Shown piece by piece: positions 36,003 to 45,943 of a stretch of 64,000 bases of DNA. The stretch is taken from the IMG/VR virus record IMGVR_UViG_3300022200_000019, positions 1-64,000 of that record; one strand, 5' to 3'. Within the stretch, counting starts at the first letter, position 1, and every line of letters begins with the position of its first letter. The position numbers were made by a program, and so were the translations under genes. The notes under the pieces were generated by a model that was not told where the DNA came from, did no database searches, and worked only from the letters and a program-made list of their open reading frames with translations.

Positions 36003-36620
36003 ATGGCGGTTTCATCATTAACAAGAATGACAGTGCCTTTATCGAGCGATCAATCAAGCTCGACCCAAGGTCTATTAATGCCAAAACTAAAATATCGCTT
36101 TCGCGTTATTTTTGAAAACTTTGGTGTATCAACACCACGTACAGAATTAACAAAACAAGTAATTGACTTTGCTCGACCAAGCGTAAGTTTTGATGATATG
36201 ACAATTGATATCTACAACTCAAAAGTACGTTTAGCCGGTAAGCATACTTGGGATGACACTACAGTTAACTTACGTGACGATGCAGGCGGTAATGTGCAAA
36301 AACTAGTTGGCGAACAACTACAGAAACAATTTGACTTTATGGAAATGAGTTCAGCAAGTTCTGGTATTGATTACAAGTTCATTACACGTTGTGAAATCCT
36401 AGACGGCGGTAATGGTGCTAACGAACCAACTGTGTTAGAAACTTGGGAACTTTATGGTTGCTACTTAACCAGCGTTAACTATAACGATTTAGCATATAGC
36501 GAAAGTGCCCCGGTTACAATGGGCCTAAACATCCGCTTTGATAACGCACTACAAACTCCGCTAGAAACTGGATTAGGTGTAAACGTAGGACGCACACTGG
36601 GCACAGTAATCACTGGTTAA
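36003..36620 (+). CDS. gp19: Tail tube protein (gp19 family)
   Basis: PKLKYRFRV, RPSVSF...YNSKV.LAGKHTW, WELYGCY, LAY.ES.PV...L.IRFDNA. Confidence 0.9.
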   Translation: MAVSSLTRMTVPLSSDQSSSTQGLLMPKLKYRFRVIFENFGVSTPRTELTKQVIDFARPSVSFDDMTIDIYNSKVRLAGKHTWDDTTVNLRDDAGGNVQKLVGEQLQKQFDFMEMSSASSGIDYKFITRCEILDGGNGANEPTVLETWELYGCYLTSVNYNDLAYSESAPVTMGLNIRFDNALQTPLETGLGVNVGRTLGTVITG

Positions 36621-36626
36621 TAACCC

Positions 36627-38021
36627 ATGTCATTTGGTAGTCAACTGAGCAGCATCTTTGGTGGATTCACCAAAGGATTATACCAAGGGCTGGTCGGTAC
36701 CGATACGGTCAAAGATTATAAACACGCTAGTAAGACGTTCTTGTCGGACGGCTATTCACTTGCGCCACAAACCAAATTTCTTTATCATGTTTATTTTAAT
36801 CTAAACACAGCACAAATAACTGGTTTAAGAAATTCCATGGGATCCGCCAAGGATCTCAGTCAATTGGGGATGATGGTCAAGACCGCTGAACTTCCGTCTT
36901 ATTCTATAGAAGTTGACACATTAAATCAGTACAATCGAAAGCGATATGTGCAACAAAAAATAACCTATAGACCAGTCACAATTTCATTTCATGATGACGG
37001 TAGTGATTTAATTCGTAGTATGTGGTATAACTATTATACCTATTATTTCTCAGACGCCAGACACAGTTATGATGGTATTAGCACAGGAAACAGCACTGGT
37101 AACCTGAGTAACGGGCCATTTGATTTTAATCGCAGAGACATCTATGATGATTTACGCAGCGTACATGAATGGGGGTACAATGCTGAAAGTGAGACTGGTG
37201 GTTATAAACCAAATTTCTTCAGAGATATCAGAATTTACGGATTAAACAGGGGCAACTTTGTGGAATACACTCTGATTAATCCGATTATCACTGATTGGAA
37301 TCACGATACTTTTGACTATGCCGATGGTGGTGGAACCATGACCAATCGAATGACACTGCAATATGAAACAGTTAAGTACCGTCGTGGAAAGATTGGAACG
37401 CCTGGTGACAGTGAAGTGCGTGGATGGGGCGACGATGCTAATTATGACAGCAGTCCAAGTAAACTGAGCCAGGGCGGAAGCACTACAAGCATCTTTGGTC
37501 AGGGCGGGTTACTGGATGCTGGTGCTAGTGTTATTTCTGATTTACAAAATGGAAACCCACTGGGTGCAATATTAACTGCTGGGCGGTCATATGAAACATT
37601 TAAAGATGCTGATCTAGGGAGCATATTAGCTGAAGAAGGCATACAACAAATCGTCACACAAGGCACAGTATTGGCGCAAAATCAGACCGTACAAAACAGT
37701 GTGTCAAATTTTATTTTTTCTAAACCAGATAGCAGCCTAACTGGATCAACACCACTGGGTAGTTCTACCACACAAAGCAATAGTGGATTTACTAGCGCAA
37801 CAAACTGGGTCAATCCAAATCTGTCTCCGCCGCCAGTAAACACAGGCGGATCGTTGTATGCATCGCAGCCAGTTGCAAAACCCTGGAAAAACCCAAATCT
37901 ACCAGTGTCTGATGCATCATTACGAGCGACATCGGTACCAGCCGACGTTTCCAGCAATGGTCAGGTTGCAAGTTATTCCATGCAAACTAATGCATCAGGA
38001 ACAACAAAACGGATTGATTAA
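36627..38021 (+). CDS. gp19-like tail tube / baseplate tube-initiator protein
   Basis: VKTAELPSY...TLNQYNRKR.VQ.KITY.PV.ISFHDD; LINP.IT.W.HD.FDY...L.YETV.Y. Confidence 0.7.
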   Translation: MSFGSQLSSIFGGFTKGLYQGLVGTDTVKDYKHASKTFLSDGYSLAPQTKFLYHVYFNLNTAQITGLRNSMGSAKDLSQLGMMVKTAELPSYSIEVDTLNQYNRKRYVQQKITYRPVTISFHDDGSDLIRSMWYNYYTYYFSDARHSYDGISTGNSTGNLSNGPFDFNRRDIYDDLRSVHEWGYNAESETGGYKPNFFRDIRIYGLNRGNFVEYTLINPIITDWNHDTFDYADGGGTMTNRMTLQYETVKYRRGKIGTPGDSEVRGWGDDANYDSSPSKLSQGGSTTSIFGQGGLLDAGASVISDLQNGNPLGAILTAGRSYETFKDADLGSILAEEGIQQIVTQGTVLAQNQTVQNSVSNFIFSKPDSSLTGSTPLGSSTTQSNSGFTSATNWVNPNLSPPPVNTGGSLYASQPVAKPWKNPNLPVSDASLRATSVPADVSSNGQVASYSMQTNASGTTKRID

Positions 38022-38023
38022 CG

Positions 38024-38380
38024 ATGTCAAGTATCAATGTACAAAAATCATCACAACAGACTAAAATTTATGACAAATATTATAATGTGGAGTTTGTGAT
38101 ATCCACACAAGAATATGACATTGTGTATGCATATTTTAAAAAAGTCATGAATGAAGATGAAGAAGTGGCTAAGAATTTTACAGCTAGCATCTTTAAGTTG
38201 TCAAAAGATACTGGTGTTAGTGCGCTAACTTATTTGGAAAATCTTAAAGGCCAAGACGCAGTTCAGCTAAGTTTAACCATGACATATTATTTAAATCAGG
38301 TTCGTTCAAATTCAACACTGCTGGGTGTTGGACAAATAATAACACCTAATTTTTATGCAGCACGCAATGTAGTGAGCTGA
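38024..38380 (+). CDS. Hypothetical protein
   Basis: 118-aa ORF tightly packed in the tail/packaging operon. Confidence 0.55.
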   Translation: MSSINVQKSSQQTKIYDKYYNVEFVISTQEYDIVYAYFKKVMNEDEEVAKNFTASIFKLSKDTGVSALTYLENLKGQDAVQLSLTMTYYLNQVRSNSTLLGVGQIITPNFYAARNVVS

Positions 38381-38381
38381 C

Positions 38382-38810
38382 ATGGCACGAACTAAATTCT
38401 CACAAGGAGTTTACGAAGTTCGCAATGCTAACAAGTATGTGGGCAAAGGCAAACCACGCTATCGCAGCAGTTGGGAACTTTCATTCATGCATTTTTGTGA
38501 CAATAATGAACATATTTTACAATGGGCAAGCGAAGCCATTAGTATTCCATATCGCAATCCACTAACCGGAAAAGCTACACAATATGTTCCAGACTTTTTT
38601 GTTTTGTATCGAACAAAAAACAACAAACAAGTAGCTGAACTAATTGAAATTAAGCCCAAAGCACAATCCATGATAACTGAAAAACAAAACGCCAATCAAC
38701 GTGCTGTGGTGGCAGTAAATCACGCCAAATGGGAAGCTGCACGTGCCTGGTGTAAACGAAATAAGTTGATTTTTCGTGTAATTACTGAAGACCAGATCTT
38801 CCACCGCTAA
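38382..38810 (+). CDS. gp4: Head completion nuclease (gp4, TnsA-N-like)
   Basis: YRSSWE..FM.FCD.N..IL.W.SE.I.IPY.NP..GK...YVPDF...LIEIKP. Confidence 0.92.
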   Translation: MARTKFSQGVYEVRNANKYVGKGKPRYRSSWELSFMHFCDNNEHILQWASEAISIPYRNPLTGKATQYVPDFFVLYRTKNNKQVAELIEIKPKAQSMITEKQNANQRAVVAVNHAKWEAARAWCKRNKLIFRVITEDQIFHR

Positions 38811-38813
38811 ATA
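38806..38813 (+). promoter_or_regulatory. Late box GCTAAATA, 5 nt before the ATG (leaderless)
   Basis: GCTAAATA-TTTTC-ATG(38819), no SD. Confidence 0.65.
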
Positions 38814-38818
38814 TTTTC

Positions 38819-39304
38819 ATGACTCGTAAACTCGAAGAACTTTTTGACTTGCCCTCAGCGTCTGCTGATGAAGAAGTAGACATTGTTAACGAACCTGAAG
38901 AATCATTTGGTGTTACACAAACATATGAAGGGTATAGCAATCTAGAAAAGATTGATGCTGCGCTGCCTGCTGTTAAAAATCTCGAAGCAAGCGACAAAGA
39001 AATGGATCAACTTGCTGAAACAGCGATGAAAACATATCAAGACTTAGTTGATTTGGGTATGAATGTTGAAGCACGCTTTAGTTCAGAAATCTTCAGTGTG
39101 GCAAGCTCATTACTTGGGCACGCTATAACTGCTAAAACTGCCAAAATGAACAAGAAACTTAAAATGATTGATCTGCAATTAAAGAAAGCAAAACTAGACG
39201 CAGACAGGGGCGATGCTGAAAGCGAGACAGCAAGTGGTCACGTATTAGATCGTAACGAACTTCTTGAAAAACTATTGAATCCAAATAAGAACAATGACGC
39301 ATAA
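38819..39304 (+). CDS. Putative terminase small subunit (gp16-like)
   Basis: Helical core (EIFSVASSLL..AITAK..K..KKLKMIDLQLKK); size and position next to gp4 fit; assignment is an inference. Confidence 0.5.
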   Translation: MTRKLEELFDLPSASADEEVDIVNEPEESFGVTQTYEGYSNLEKIDAALPAVKNLEASDKEMDQLAETAMKTYQDLVDLGMNVEARFSSEIFSVASSLLGHAITAKTAKMNKKLKMIDLQLKKAKLDADRGDAESETASGHVLDRNELLEKLLNPNKNNDA

Positions 39305-39307
39305 ATA
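39300..39307 (+). promoter_or_regulatory. Late promoter box (CATAAATA)
   Basis: Followed by AGGAG RBS and ATG 39331. Confidence 0.65.
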
Positions 39308-39330
39308 TACTTAACTCAGGAGTTAAGTAA

Positions 39331-39885
39331 ATGCGCTCGCTATCAGAATTTTTAACAGAATCAAAAAAATCATACACTTATCGTATTAAAATTGCAGGTG
39401 ATCTGCCCAAAGAACATGTGGATTCACTTAAAAAACTTTTTGCAAAGTTTGATATGACCAACATGAGTGATATTAAAAAAACACCAGTAATGAAATGTCC
39501 ATATGATTTCCCAGATATGGAAAACGAGTCAGTAAATATCATGGACGTTACTTTTGATTATCCAGCAAGTTCGCTACAATTACAGGAACTCATGCAGCCA
39601 TTGGGTATAAACCCAAATCGCGTCAAAATCATGAGTAATACCTTTGCAGATAGCATTGATATTGAAGCTGAATCAAAAGAACATGAAGGTGCCTTGCTTG
39701 ATGATGCAACGCTTCCTGAAACTACAGCAGAGCAAAAAGCGGCCGGCGAAGAATATGCCAAACCTGGCGAGCAACGTGCATCTGAAATGGAAACACGTGA
39801 ATATGAGTTCTCTGCTCCAAAAACACCTCGAGCTCAGACCACAAGTGATTTACCACAAGGCACAAAAAGCCCCATGGGGAGTTAA
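39331..39885 (+). CDS. Putative internal head protein
   Basis: Begins MRSLSEFLTE|S, a T4-type prohead-protease motif. Confidence 0.45.
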   Translation: MRSLSEFLTESKKSYTYRIKIAGDLPKEHVDSLKKLFAKFDMTNMSDIKKTPVMKCPYDFPDMENESVNIMDVTFDYPASSLQLQELMQPLGINPNRVKIMSNTFADSIDIEAESKEHEGALLDDATLPETTAEQKAAGEEYAKPGEQRASEMETREYEFSAPKTPRAQTTSDLPQGTKSPMGS

Positions 39886-39890
39886 TTACA

Positions 39891-41105
39891 ATGGATTTAT
39901 ATAACATCATGGAAAACATCAGAAGAGTAATGGAGGCTCCTGACGAATATTGCAAACGCCGTATGAATCATGTGCCCTTGCCAATTGATGAATATAAGTA
40001 TGATCCTATTCGCAAATACATGGAAACTCCTGTGCCAGAAGGCTCAAACCACTGGAAGCCAGATTGTGATAATTTAAAATGGGTCCCAGCAACAAAAGAA
40101 GCTTCTGATTGGTATTATGAAGCAGAAGAACACTTAGCCGCCAGAAGTGCAAAATTAAGGCACGGTATGTTAGCTAATCTCAAAAGCACAGAAAAATGGA
40201 GTGTGATGTATCTACAACTACTTGATGCAATTAATGAAAATCCTAAAGCTAGAAAATGGTATAATCAGTATGATGTTGGACAGATAATCGATATTATTAA
40301 ACGAACTGCGCAAGCTGTTGCTGAGATATATGTGCAGGCCTTGGAGAAAAAAGAAATCACCGGTGGTGAAGTGATAGAAGCACCTAACTATCGAGATTAT
40401 TGGGTGGCTGAGGAAGAATTACTAAATCAGATGCTAGAAGATCTAATGTTTGTTATACCATCTCCTGAAGATGTTGCGAGACAACATGGTAGTACTACAA
40501 AAAAACCTACCAAAAATGAAGATATAAATGAGACTGCCATTGTATTTTCTGATGCCAACGGACATCATTTAAAAAATGCTGATGGCGAAATAGTTCAGAG
40601 TTTTGATAAAACACCTGAAGGTTTGCGTGCAGCACGGAATGCCCTGTATGCAAACTATAATGTTTTAAGCATGGAAAAACCCAAGGAAAGCACCATGAAC
40701 GAATATGAAGAAAAATATAACAATGCTCTTAATGAGTCATTAACCATTAACACTACTGCTGGCACAGATCAATCAGACACAGTTAATGTTACAGCCACTG
40801 ATGAAGATGCACACACGCTGGTTGCCATTCTTAAAGCAGCAGGGTTGCCATACAAAGAACAAGAAGCCAGACTAATGGCAACAACACCATGCGGTGCAGA
40901 AATGGGCGAACAAGTTGAAGAAGAGTACGCCAATACTCCCAACAATGCAAATGATTACGCCAGCACAGATACCCTATTAAAAATTCAGGGAGGACTAAAC
41001 CGAGAAAAGAAACAGTTTAGACGCGAATACCCTGGTGACAATCCAATGGCTGTGACTGAAGAAAACTTGATGCGTGGTCTTTGGGACTTATATAAAAAGG
41101 TGTAA
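39891..41105 (+). CDS. Putative internal head protein
   Basis: Acidic; several (V/I/L/M)xE motifs (VME|A, INE|T, LNE|S, VEE|E, VTE|E). Confidence 0.4.
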   Translation: MDLYNIMENIRRVMEAPDEYCKRRMNHVPLPIDEYKYDPIRKYMETPVPEGSNHWKPDCDNLKWVPATKEASDWYYEAEEHLAARSAKLRHGMLANLKSTEKWSVMYLQLLDAINENPKARKWYNQYDVGQIIDIIKRTAQAVAEIYVQALEKKEITGGEVIEAPNYRDYWVAEEELLNQMLEDLMFVIPSPEDVARQHGSTTKKPTKNEDINETAIVFSDANGHHLKNADGEIVQSFDKTPEGLRAARNALYANYNVLSMEKPKESTMNEYEEKYNNALNESLTINTTAGTDQSDTVNVTATDEDAHTLVAILKAAGLPYKEQEARLMATTPCGAEMGEQVEEEYANTPNNANDYASTDTLLKIQGGLNREKKQFRREYPGDNPMAVTEENLMRGLWDLYKKV

Positions 41106-41107
41106 AC

Positions 41108-41551
41108 ATGACAGAAGCAGACATTCTTAAAAGATATCAGGATATCATTTCCAGAGACTATATGCTAACTGAGAACCCATATAATGTTGTGGAGGGTTAT
41201 AACAACAAGCGTGAAGCACAAGCATATCTGGTTAAAGTATACAAAGAAAATGACTATGATATGCCTTATGATGAGTGGCTTGATGATATTCGTGCAGGAG
41301 GCTACTCACCTGCACTCACCAAAGCGGTTAATGCTATTGATACTATCAAAGAAGCCACAGATGAGAAGCGTTATTGGGTAACTGTTGGCATGATGATGTA
41401 TGCTGATAACGACGAAGCAATAGTTGAAAAAGCAGAAGCATTTGCGAGTGATCTTAGAGCAAAGCAAGATAATCGTGCTACTGTAATGAGTGTATATGAA
41501 AATCCGTTTGGTTCTTTGACAGATCGTAAAGTAATGGATAAAGGCGATTAA
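41108..41551 (+). CDS. Hypothetical (putative internal head) protein
   Basis: LTE|N, VVE|G and IKE|A motifs; same operon. Confidence 0.4.
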   Translation: MTEADILKRYQDIISRDYMLTENPYNVVEGYNNKREAQAYLVKVYKENDYDMPYDEWLDDIRAGGYSPALTKAVNAIDTIKEATDEKRYWVTVGMMMYADNDEAIVEKAEAFASDLRAKQDNRATVMSVYENPFGSLTDRKVMDKGD

Positions 41552-42543
41552 TGAAAAAACTCGCTGATTACATTTTGAATTCACAAAAACCACGCATTAA
41601 TGATAGCGTGATTATCAACGTCAACAATGAATATGTAATCGAAAGCAAAGTCACAGATGTATCAGATCGTATTACCATTGTAATGGATGCTGCAACAAAA
41701 GAATTATTAAAGCATGCACAAGCAAACCCGGTTAATGAAGGATCTGTTGTAGACTTTGATCGAATTGGTCGTTATAGCGCATGGGGACGTGCATTATTAC
41801 AGGTATTGAAATACTCTAATAACCCTAAGATCATGGATAAACACACAACGGATAATGACGTTGTTCTTGTTATACGTGATAATATCTTAAATCAAATACT
41901 AGAAAAAGAGACAGACGGAAAAATTACTTCTAATCAGATTGCCATGTATGCAAAAGCAATTCCAGAATTAGATTATCAGTGGGCACCTAAAAACAAACAG
42001 CACGTAATCACAATGCCTCGTGATTTAAAACTAGTATCGTTATCAAAACCAGATAAAACCAATGAAAATGAATTAACATTTGAAAATAATACATGGCATT
42101 TGAATATCTGGACCAGCAAACCAGTTAGCAAGATTGTTTCTGAAATCAAGCAACAACTAAACAATGTTTTGTTAGAGACTAACCAAAGAGCACCCAAATC
42201 AGGAAAACGTGTGGGTAACATGCCATTAAATTATTGGGAAGCGAACCCCGGATCAGTATACACTGCTGACAAGTATTATGATATGTATCGTGCCAGCATG
42301 ATTATTGGACGGTTACCTGAAGATCCAGGTGATCTGGATGTATACAGTTGGATCAACAATGCGCCAATGATGGTTACATATACTCCTGAGGAGCTTGAAA
42401 TGGCTAAAACAGCATTTAAGTTTATGGGAATTCCAATGAGGACGCACGTACCCCCAGGCAGTGACGAACCAGATGCTGTAAATAAAGTGTCACCATTTAA
42501 ACCATTTAAAGGATATAAAGGCGCTCAGCGTCGTTCTAAATAA
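41551..42543 (+). CDS. Hypothetical (putative internal head) protein
   Basis: VNE|G and LLE|T motifs; C-terminal DEPDAVNKVSPFKPFKGY segment. Confidence 0.4.
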   Translation: MKKLADYILNSQKPRINDSVIINVNNEYVIESKVTDVSDRITIVMDAATKELLKHAQANPVNEGSVVDFDRIGRYSAWGRALLQVLKYSNNPKIMDKHTTDNDVVLVIRDNILNQILEKETDGKITSNQIAMYAKAIPELDYQWAPKNKQHVITMPRDLKLVSLSKPDKTNENELTFENNTWHLNIWTSKPVSKIVSEIKQQLNNVLLETNQRAPKSGKRVGNMPLNYWEANPGSVYTADKYYDMYRASMIIGRLPEDPGDLDVYSWINNAPMMVTYTPEELEMAKTAFKFMGIPMRTHVPPGSDEPDAVNKVSPFKPFKGYKGAQRRSK

Positions 42544-42551
42544 GTATTTGC

Positions 42552-43691
42552 ATGAGCAAAACCTACTGTGCTGCTCCCTGGCACGGCCTTCACATCAATT
42601 CATTCGGAAATGTAAAAACCTGCTGCGCAGGCGATCCTAACATATTTGGTGATCTAAATACACAGAGTATTCAAGATATTCTGTTTGGTGAAAAAATGCA
42701 AGAATTACGTGCTACTCTTAGAGAAGGTCGTATGCATGAGCAATACTGCTACAATTGTATTCAAGCAGAACGATATGGTCGTAGCGAAAGATACTGGCAC
42801 AACGAGGTAAGCAAAGACTTCGATTGTTCACAAGCAGAGTTAGATTACCACCGACCCGTTCTAGTTGATGTTCGCTGGAATATTACCTGCAATCAGAGTT
42901 GTAATTACTGTGGGGATAAATGTAGTTCAAAATGGGCAGCATTAAACGGTATTCCGTTTAAATCGCAGGTGCGTCCTTATTATCAACAAGTGCATGATTA
43001 TTTAGAGCAGTATCAGGTTTGGATGCGAGAGATAGCACTGGTCGGTGGTGAACCTTTGTTGTTACCAGAAAATGAGCGACTATTAGACATTGTGCCAGAT
43101 GGTGTTACTATTACTGTTATTACTAATTTTAGTGTAGAGCTATCCGATAATAAAATATTTGAAAAACTATCAAACCGCAAGAATGTTGGCTGGAGTTTGA
43201 GTTTTGACAACATAGGCAAACGTTATGAATATGTCAGATACGGTGGCAAATTTGCACAGCTAGAACGTAATATAGAATCACTCAAGCCTTTATTTAACCA
43301 AGGCCACTGGGCCGGTATTCATGCAGTATACAATTTATATAATTGCACACATCTAAATGAATTTACTGATTGGGCAAAAAGTCACAATCTATCAATACAA
43401 TGGCAAAGCCTATATCAACCAGAATGTCTAGATCCACTAAAGCACAACAATGAAGTTAGAAAGCTAGCACACACAGAACTCGAACAACTATTAAAAAGAA
43501 CAGATTTAACCGATAGCGAGCGCAACTTCTTTGAAACAGCACTAAATAATTTTAACAGTGCTGAAGAACAAGACGAGTCAGCAAAGCTCGCACAGCACGT
43601 AAATGATATAGAGACACTATATCACTCCGATAAAGCAGGCCAATTTCATAAGTTGTGGCCTGAACTGGTTTGTGCCTTAGGACCATTATAG
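42552..43691 (+). CDS. Radical SAM protein with N-terminal auxiliary Fe-S (SPASM/twitch-like) region
   Basis: CNQSCNYC (CxxxCxxC), GGEPLL; N-terminal CAAPW...TCC...CYNC. Confidence 0.92.
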   Translation: MSKTYCAAPWHGLHINSFGNVKTCCAGDPNIFGDLNTQSIQDILFGEKMQELRATLREGRMHEQYCYNCIQAERYGRSERYWHNEVSKDFDCSQAELDYHRPVLVDVRWNITCNQSCNYCGDKCSSKWAALNGIPFKSQVRPYYQQVHDYLEQYQVWMREIALVGGEPLLLPENERLLDIVPDGVTITVITNFSVELSDNKIFEKLSNRKNVGWSLSFDNIGKRYEYVRYGGKFAQLERNIESLKPLFNQGHWAGIHAVYNLYNCTHLNEFTDWAKSHNLSIQWQSLYQPECLDPLKHNNEVRKLAHTELEQLLKRTDLTDSERNFFETALNNFNSAEEQDESAKLAQHVNDIETLYHSDKAGQFHKLWPELVCALGPL

Positions 43692-43770
43692 GCACGGCTT
43701 GTGGCAAAATCCACAGGCGTCTGGTGCTAGCTACCCAGAAGCAACTCTCGCTACCATTGCTTTTAAAGTG
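43672..43770 (+). ncRNA. Candidate structured RNA (four consecutive hairpins)
   Basis: GTGCCT/AGGCAC, GCTTGTGG/CCACAGGC, TCTGG/CCAGA and AGCAA/TTGCT stems; GCTACC occurs twice; GC-richer than flanks; followed by a terminator. Confidence 0.4.
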
Positions 43771-43773
43771 AGG

Positions 43774-43796
43774 AGCCCGTGAAAACGGGCTTTTTT
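43774..43796. terminator. Intrinsic terminator between convergent genes
   Basis: AGCCCGT-GAAA-ACGGGCT followed by TTTTT. Confidence 0.9.
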
Positions 43797-44337
43797 ATCG
43801 CTGATTAACGACAATAGGATCTTGTTCTAGATTTAAATATTGCGCCCAGGAAGGGTGGTTAATGCGAAGTTGTGTTTTACGTATTGAATTTGCCAATTGA
43901 TAGTAGTCTGGTGTAAACGGAGCACGTTTAGGTTTAATCAATTTGTCGCTTTTGTCCCAATTGCATGGTTTACAAGCAGTTACACAATTATCCCATTCTG
44001 TTTTGCCGCCCATGCTTTTGGGAACAACATGATCAATGGTTAGTTGCGCTGGTACAAATGTGTCGCCGCAATATTGACACTGGAACATGTCACGAACATA
44101 CAGATTTGTTCTACTAAATGTTTTTGTTTTGCGTTTAGTATAACCGCTCTTTAGTGCAATTACACTAGGAACACGCATGACAGTTTTTTGGCTATGAACC
44201 GCCCAATCATCGTACCACTCTAGTACATGAACTTTTTCTAAAAACAAGAGTTTAACTGCTTGCTGCCAGTGAACAGCACTAAGTGGGATATAACTTAATG
44301 GTTGGTAATCTGGACCTAAAACTAATGTGTGAGCCAT
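43795..44337 (-). CDS. HNH endonuclease
   Basis: CQYCG...LTIDHVVPKSMGGKTEWDNCVTACKPCNWDK. Confidence 0.93.
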   Translation of the reverse strand: MAHTLVLGPDYQPLSYIPLSAVHWQQAVKLLFLEKVHVLEWYDDWAVHSQKTVMRVPSVIALKSGYTKRKTKTFSRTNLYVRDMFQCQYCGDTFVPAQLTIDHVVPKSMGGKTEWDNCVTACKPCNWDKSDKLIKPKRAPFTPDYYQLANSIRKTQLRINHPSWAQYLNLEQDPIVVNQR

Positions 44338-44341
44338 CGTT

Positions 44342-44357
44342 GTATTTAATTAAATAC
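44342..44357. promoter_or_regulatory. Perfect 16-bp palindrome forming back-to-back late boxes for HNH (-) and gp17 (+)
   Basis: GTATTTAATTAAATAC carries ATTAAATA on both strands; the minus copy is 5 nt before the HNH ATG. Confidence 0.7.
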
Positions 44358-44376
44358 GTTATTAAGGTATCAGAAT

Positions 44377-45942
44377 ATGTCCAAGAGTCTTGACGGAGTA
44401 CTTACAAAACGTGCCCATATAAGGATGAATTATACTCCTGAACAAATACAGGAGTTTGCAAAATGTGCTGATCCAGTATCTGGCCCATTTTATTTCATGG
44501 ACAATTTTTTCCACATTCAGCATCCTACCAAGGGCAAGATGAACTATCATCCGTTTGAATATCAGAAACACCTGATCGACACCTATCATAATTACAGATT
44601 TAGTATTAGCCTGATGCCCAGACAAACTGGCAAAAGCACCAGCGCAGCGGGTTACTTGTTGTGGTACGGTATGTTTAAACCTGATTCGACTATTCTTATT
44701 GCTGCACACAAATACGCTGGAGCACAGGAAATTATGCAGCGTATTCGTTATGCGTATGAATTGTGTCCAGATCATATACGTGCAGGTGTAACTTCATACA
44801 ACAAGGGATCAATTGAGTTTGATAATGGATCGCGCATTGTGGCGCAAGCAACTACAGAAAATACTGGACGTGGTATGAGTATTACACTACTTTACGCAGA
44901 TGAATTTGCATTTGTGCGGCCTACTATTGCAAAAGAATTCTGGACTAGTATTTCACCAACACTTGCAACAGGCGGTAAGGCTATTATTACAAGTACGCCT
45001 AACTCGGACGAAGACCAATTTGCACTAATTTGGAAACAGGCAAATAAAACTGAGGATGAGTTTGGCAATGAAACAGAGCTGGGCATTAATGGGTTTCGTG
45101 CATACAGAGCTCACTGGAGTGAACATCCAGACAGAGACGAAAAATGGGCAGCAGAAGAACGTGGGCGCATTGGTGAAGAACGATTCCGACGCGAGCATGA
45201 ATGTGAATTCATTATCAACGATGAGACTCTTATTAATGCTACAACACTGGTAGATCTGGAAGGTACAGAACCAGTGCGCAAGACAGGACAAGTTCGCTGG
45301 TATGATGAAGTTAAGAAAAATCACATATATGTGGTTGCACTGGATCCCAGCCTGGGCACAGGAGGCGATCCTGCTGCAATACAAGTTTTTGATGCAAATA
45401 CCACTGTGCAGGTTGCAGAATGGAAACATAACAAAACACCTATTCCAACACAGATACGTATTCTCAACGATATTGTAAAAGCAATTTACGAAAAAACACA
45501 AGACGGTACGAGCATTTATTACTCAATTGAAAATAACACAATTGGCGAAGCAGCACTTATTAGTTTAGCAGAGTTTGGTGAAGACAACTTCCCAGGTATG
45601 ATGTTAAGTGAACCTAAATCAGCAGGAACAGGAAGACGTTTCCGCAAAGGATTTAATACTACTAACAAATCTAAAATTTCTGCCTGCGCTAAACTTAAAA
45701 ACTTAGTTGAAACTAAGAAAATGATAGTAAACAGCAAAAGTCTTATTTCTGAATTTAAGACGTTTGTAGCACATGGTACAAGTTATGCTGCTAAAATTGG
45801 CGAAACTGACGATTTAGTAATGGCAACTGTTCTTGCTGTGCGTATGATGCAAGTACTTCAAAACTATCATGCAGAACTTAACACACAAATTGCTGATTTT
45901 GGTGATGAAGAAATTCCCCCTATGCCATTTATAATGTTTTGA
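44377..45942 (+). CDS. gp17: Terminase large subunit
   Basis: Walker A PRQTGKST, Walker B LLYADEFAF, ITSTPN, nuclease ALDPSLGTGGD and DDLVMA; no intein seen. Confidence 0.98.
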   Translation: MSKSLDGVLTKRAHIRMNYTPEQIQEFAKCADPVSGPFYFMDNFFHIQHPTKGKMNYHPFEYQKHLIDTYHNYRFSISLMPRQTGKSTSAAGYLLWYGMFKPDSTILIAAHKYAGAQEIMQRIRYAYELCPDHIRAGVTSYNKGSIEFDNGSRIVAQATTENTGRGMSITLLYADEFAFVRPTIAKEFWTSISPTLATGGKAIITSTPNSDEDQFALIWKQANKTEDEFGNETELGINGFRAYRAHWSEHPDRDEKWAAEERGRIGEERFRREHECEFIINDETLINATTLVDLEGTEPVRKTGQVRWYDEVKKNHIYVVALDPSLGTGGDPAAIQVFDANTTVQVAEWKHNKTPIPTQIRILNDIVKAIYEKTQDGTSIYYSIENNTIGEAALISLAEFGEDNFPGMMLSEPKSAGTGRRFRKGFNTTNKSKISACAKLKNLVETKKMIVNSKSLISEFKTFVAHGTSYAAKIGETDDLVMATVLAVRMMQVLQNYHAELNTQIADFGDEEIPPMPFIMF

Positions 45943-45943
45943 A

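Noticed and set aside
43672-43770. tRNA or known self-cleaving ribozyme
   Set aside because: No TTC-containing T-loop, acceptor stem or CCA; no CTGATGA/GAAA hammerhead core or recognisable twister/pistol/HDV core; kept only as an unnamed ncRNA candidate
44377-45942. Intron or intein in the terminase or uvsX, both common insertion sites
   Set aside because: Both ORFs are continuous, of normal length, with motifs in the expected order and spacing
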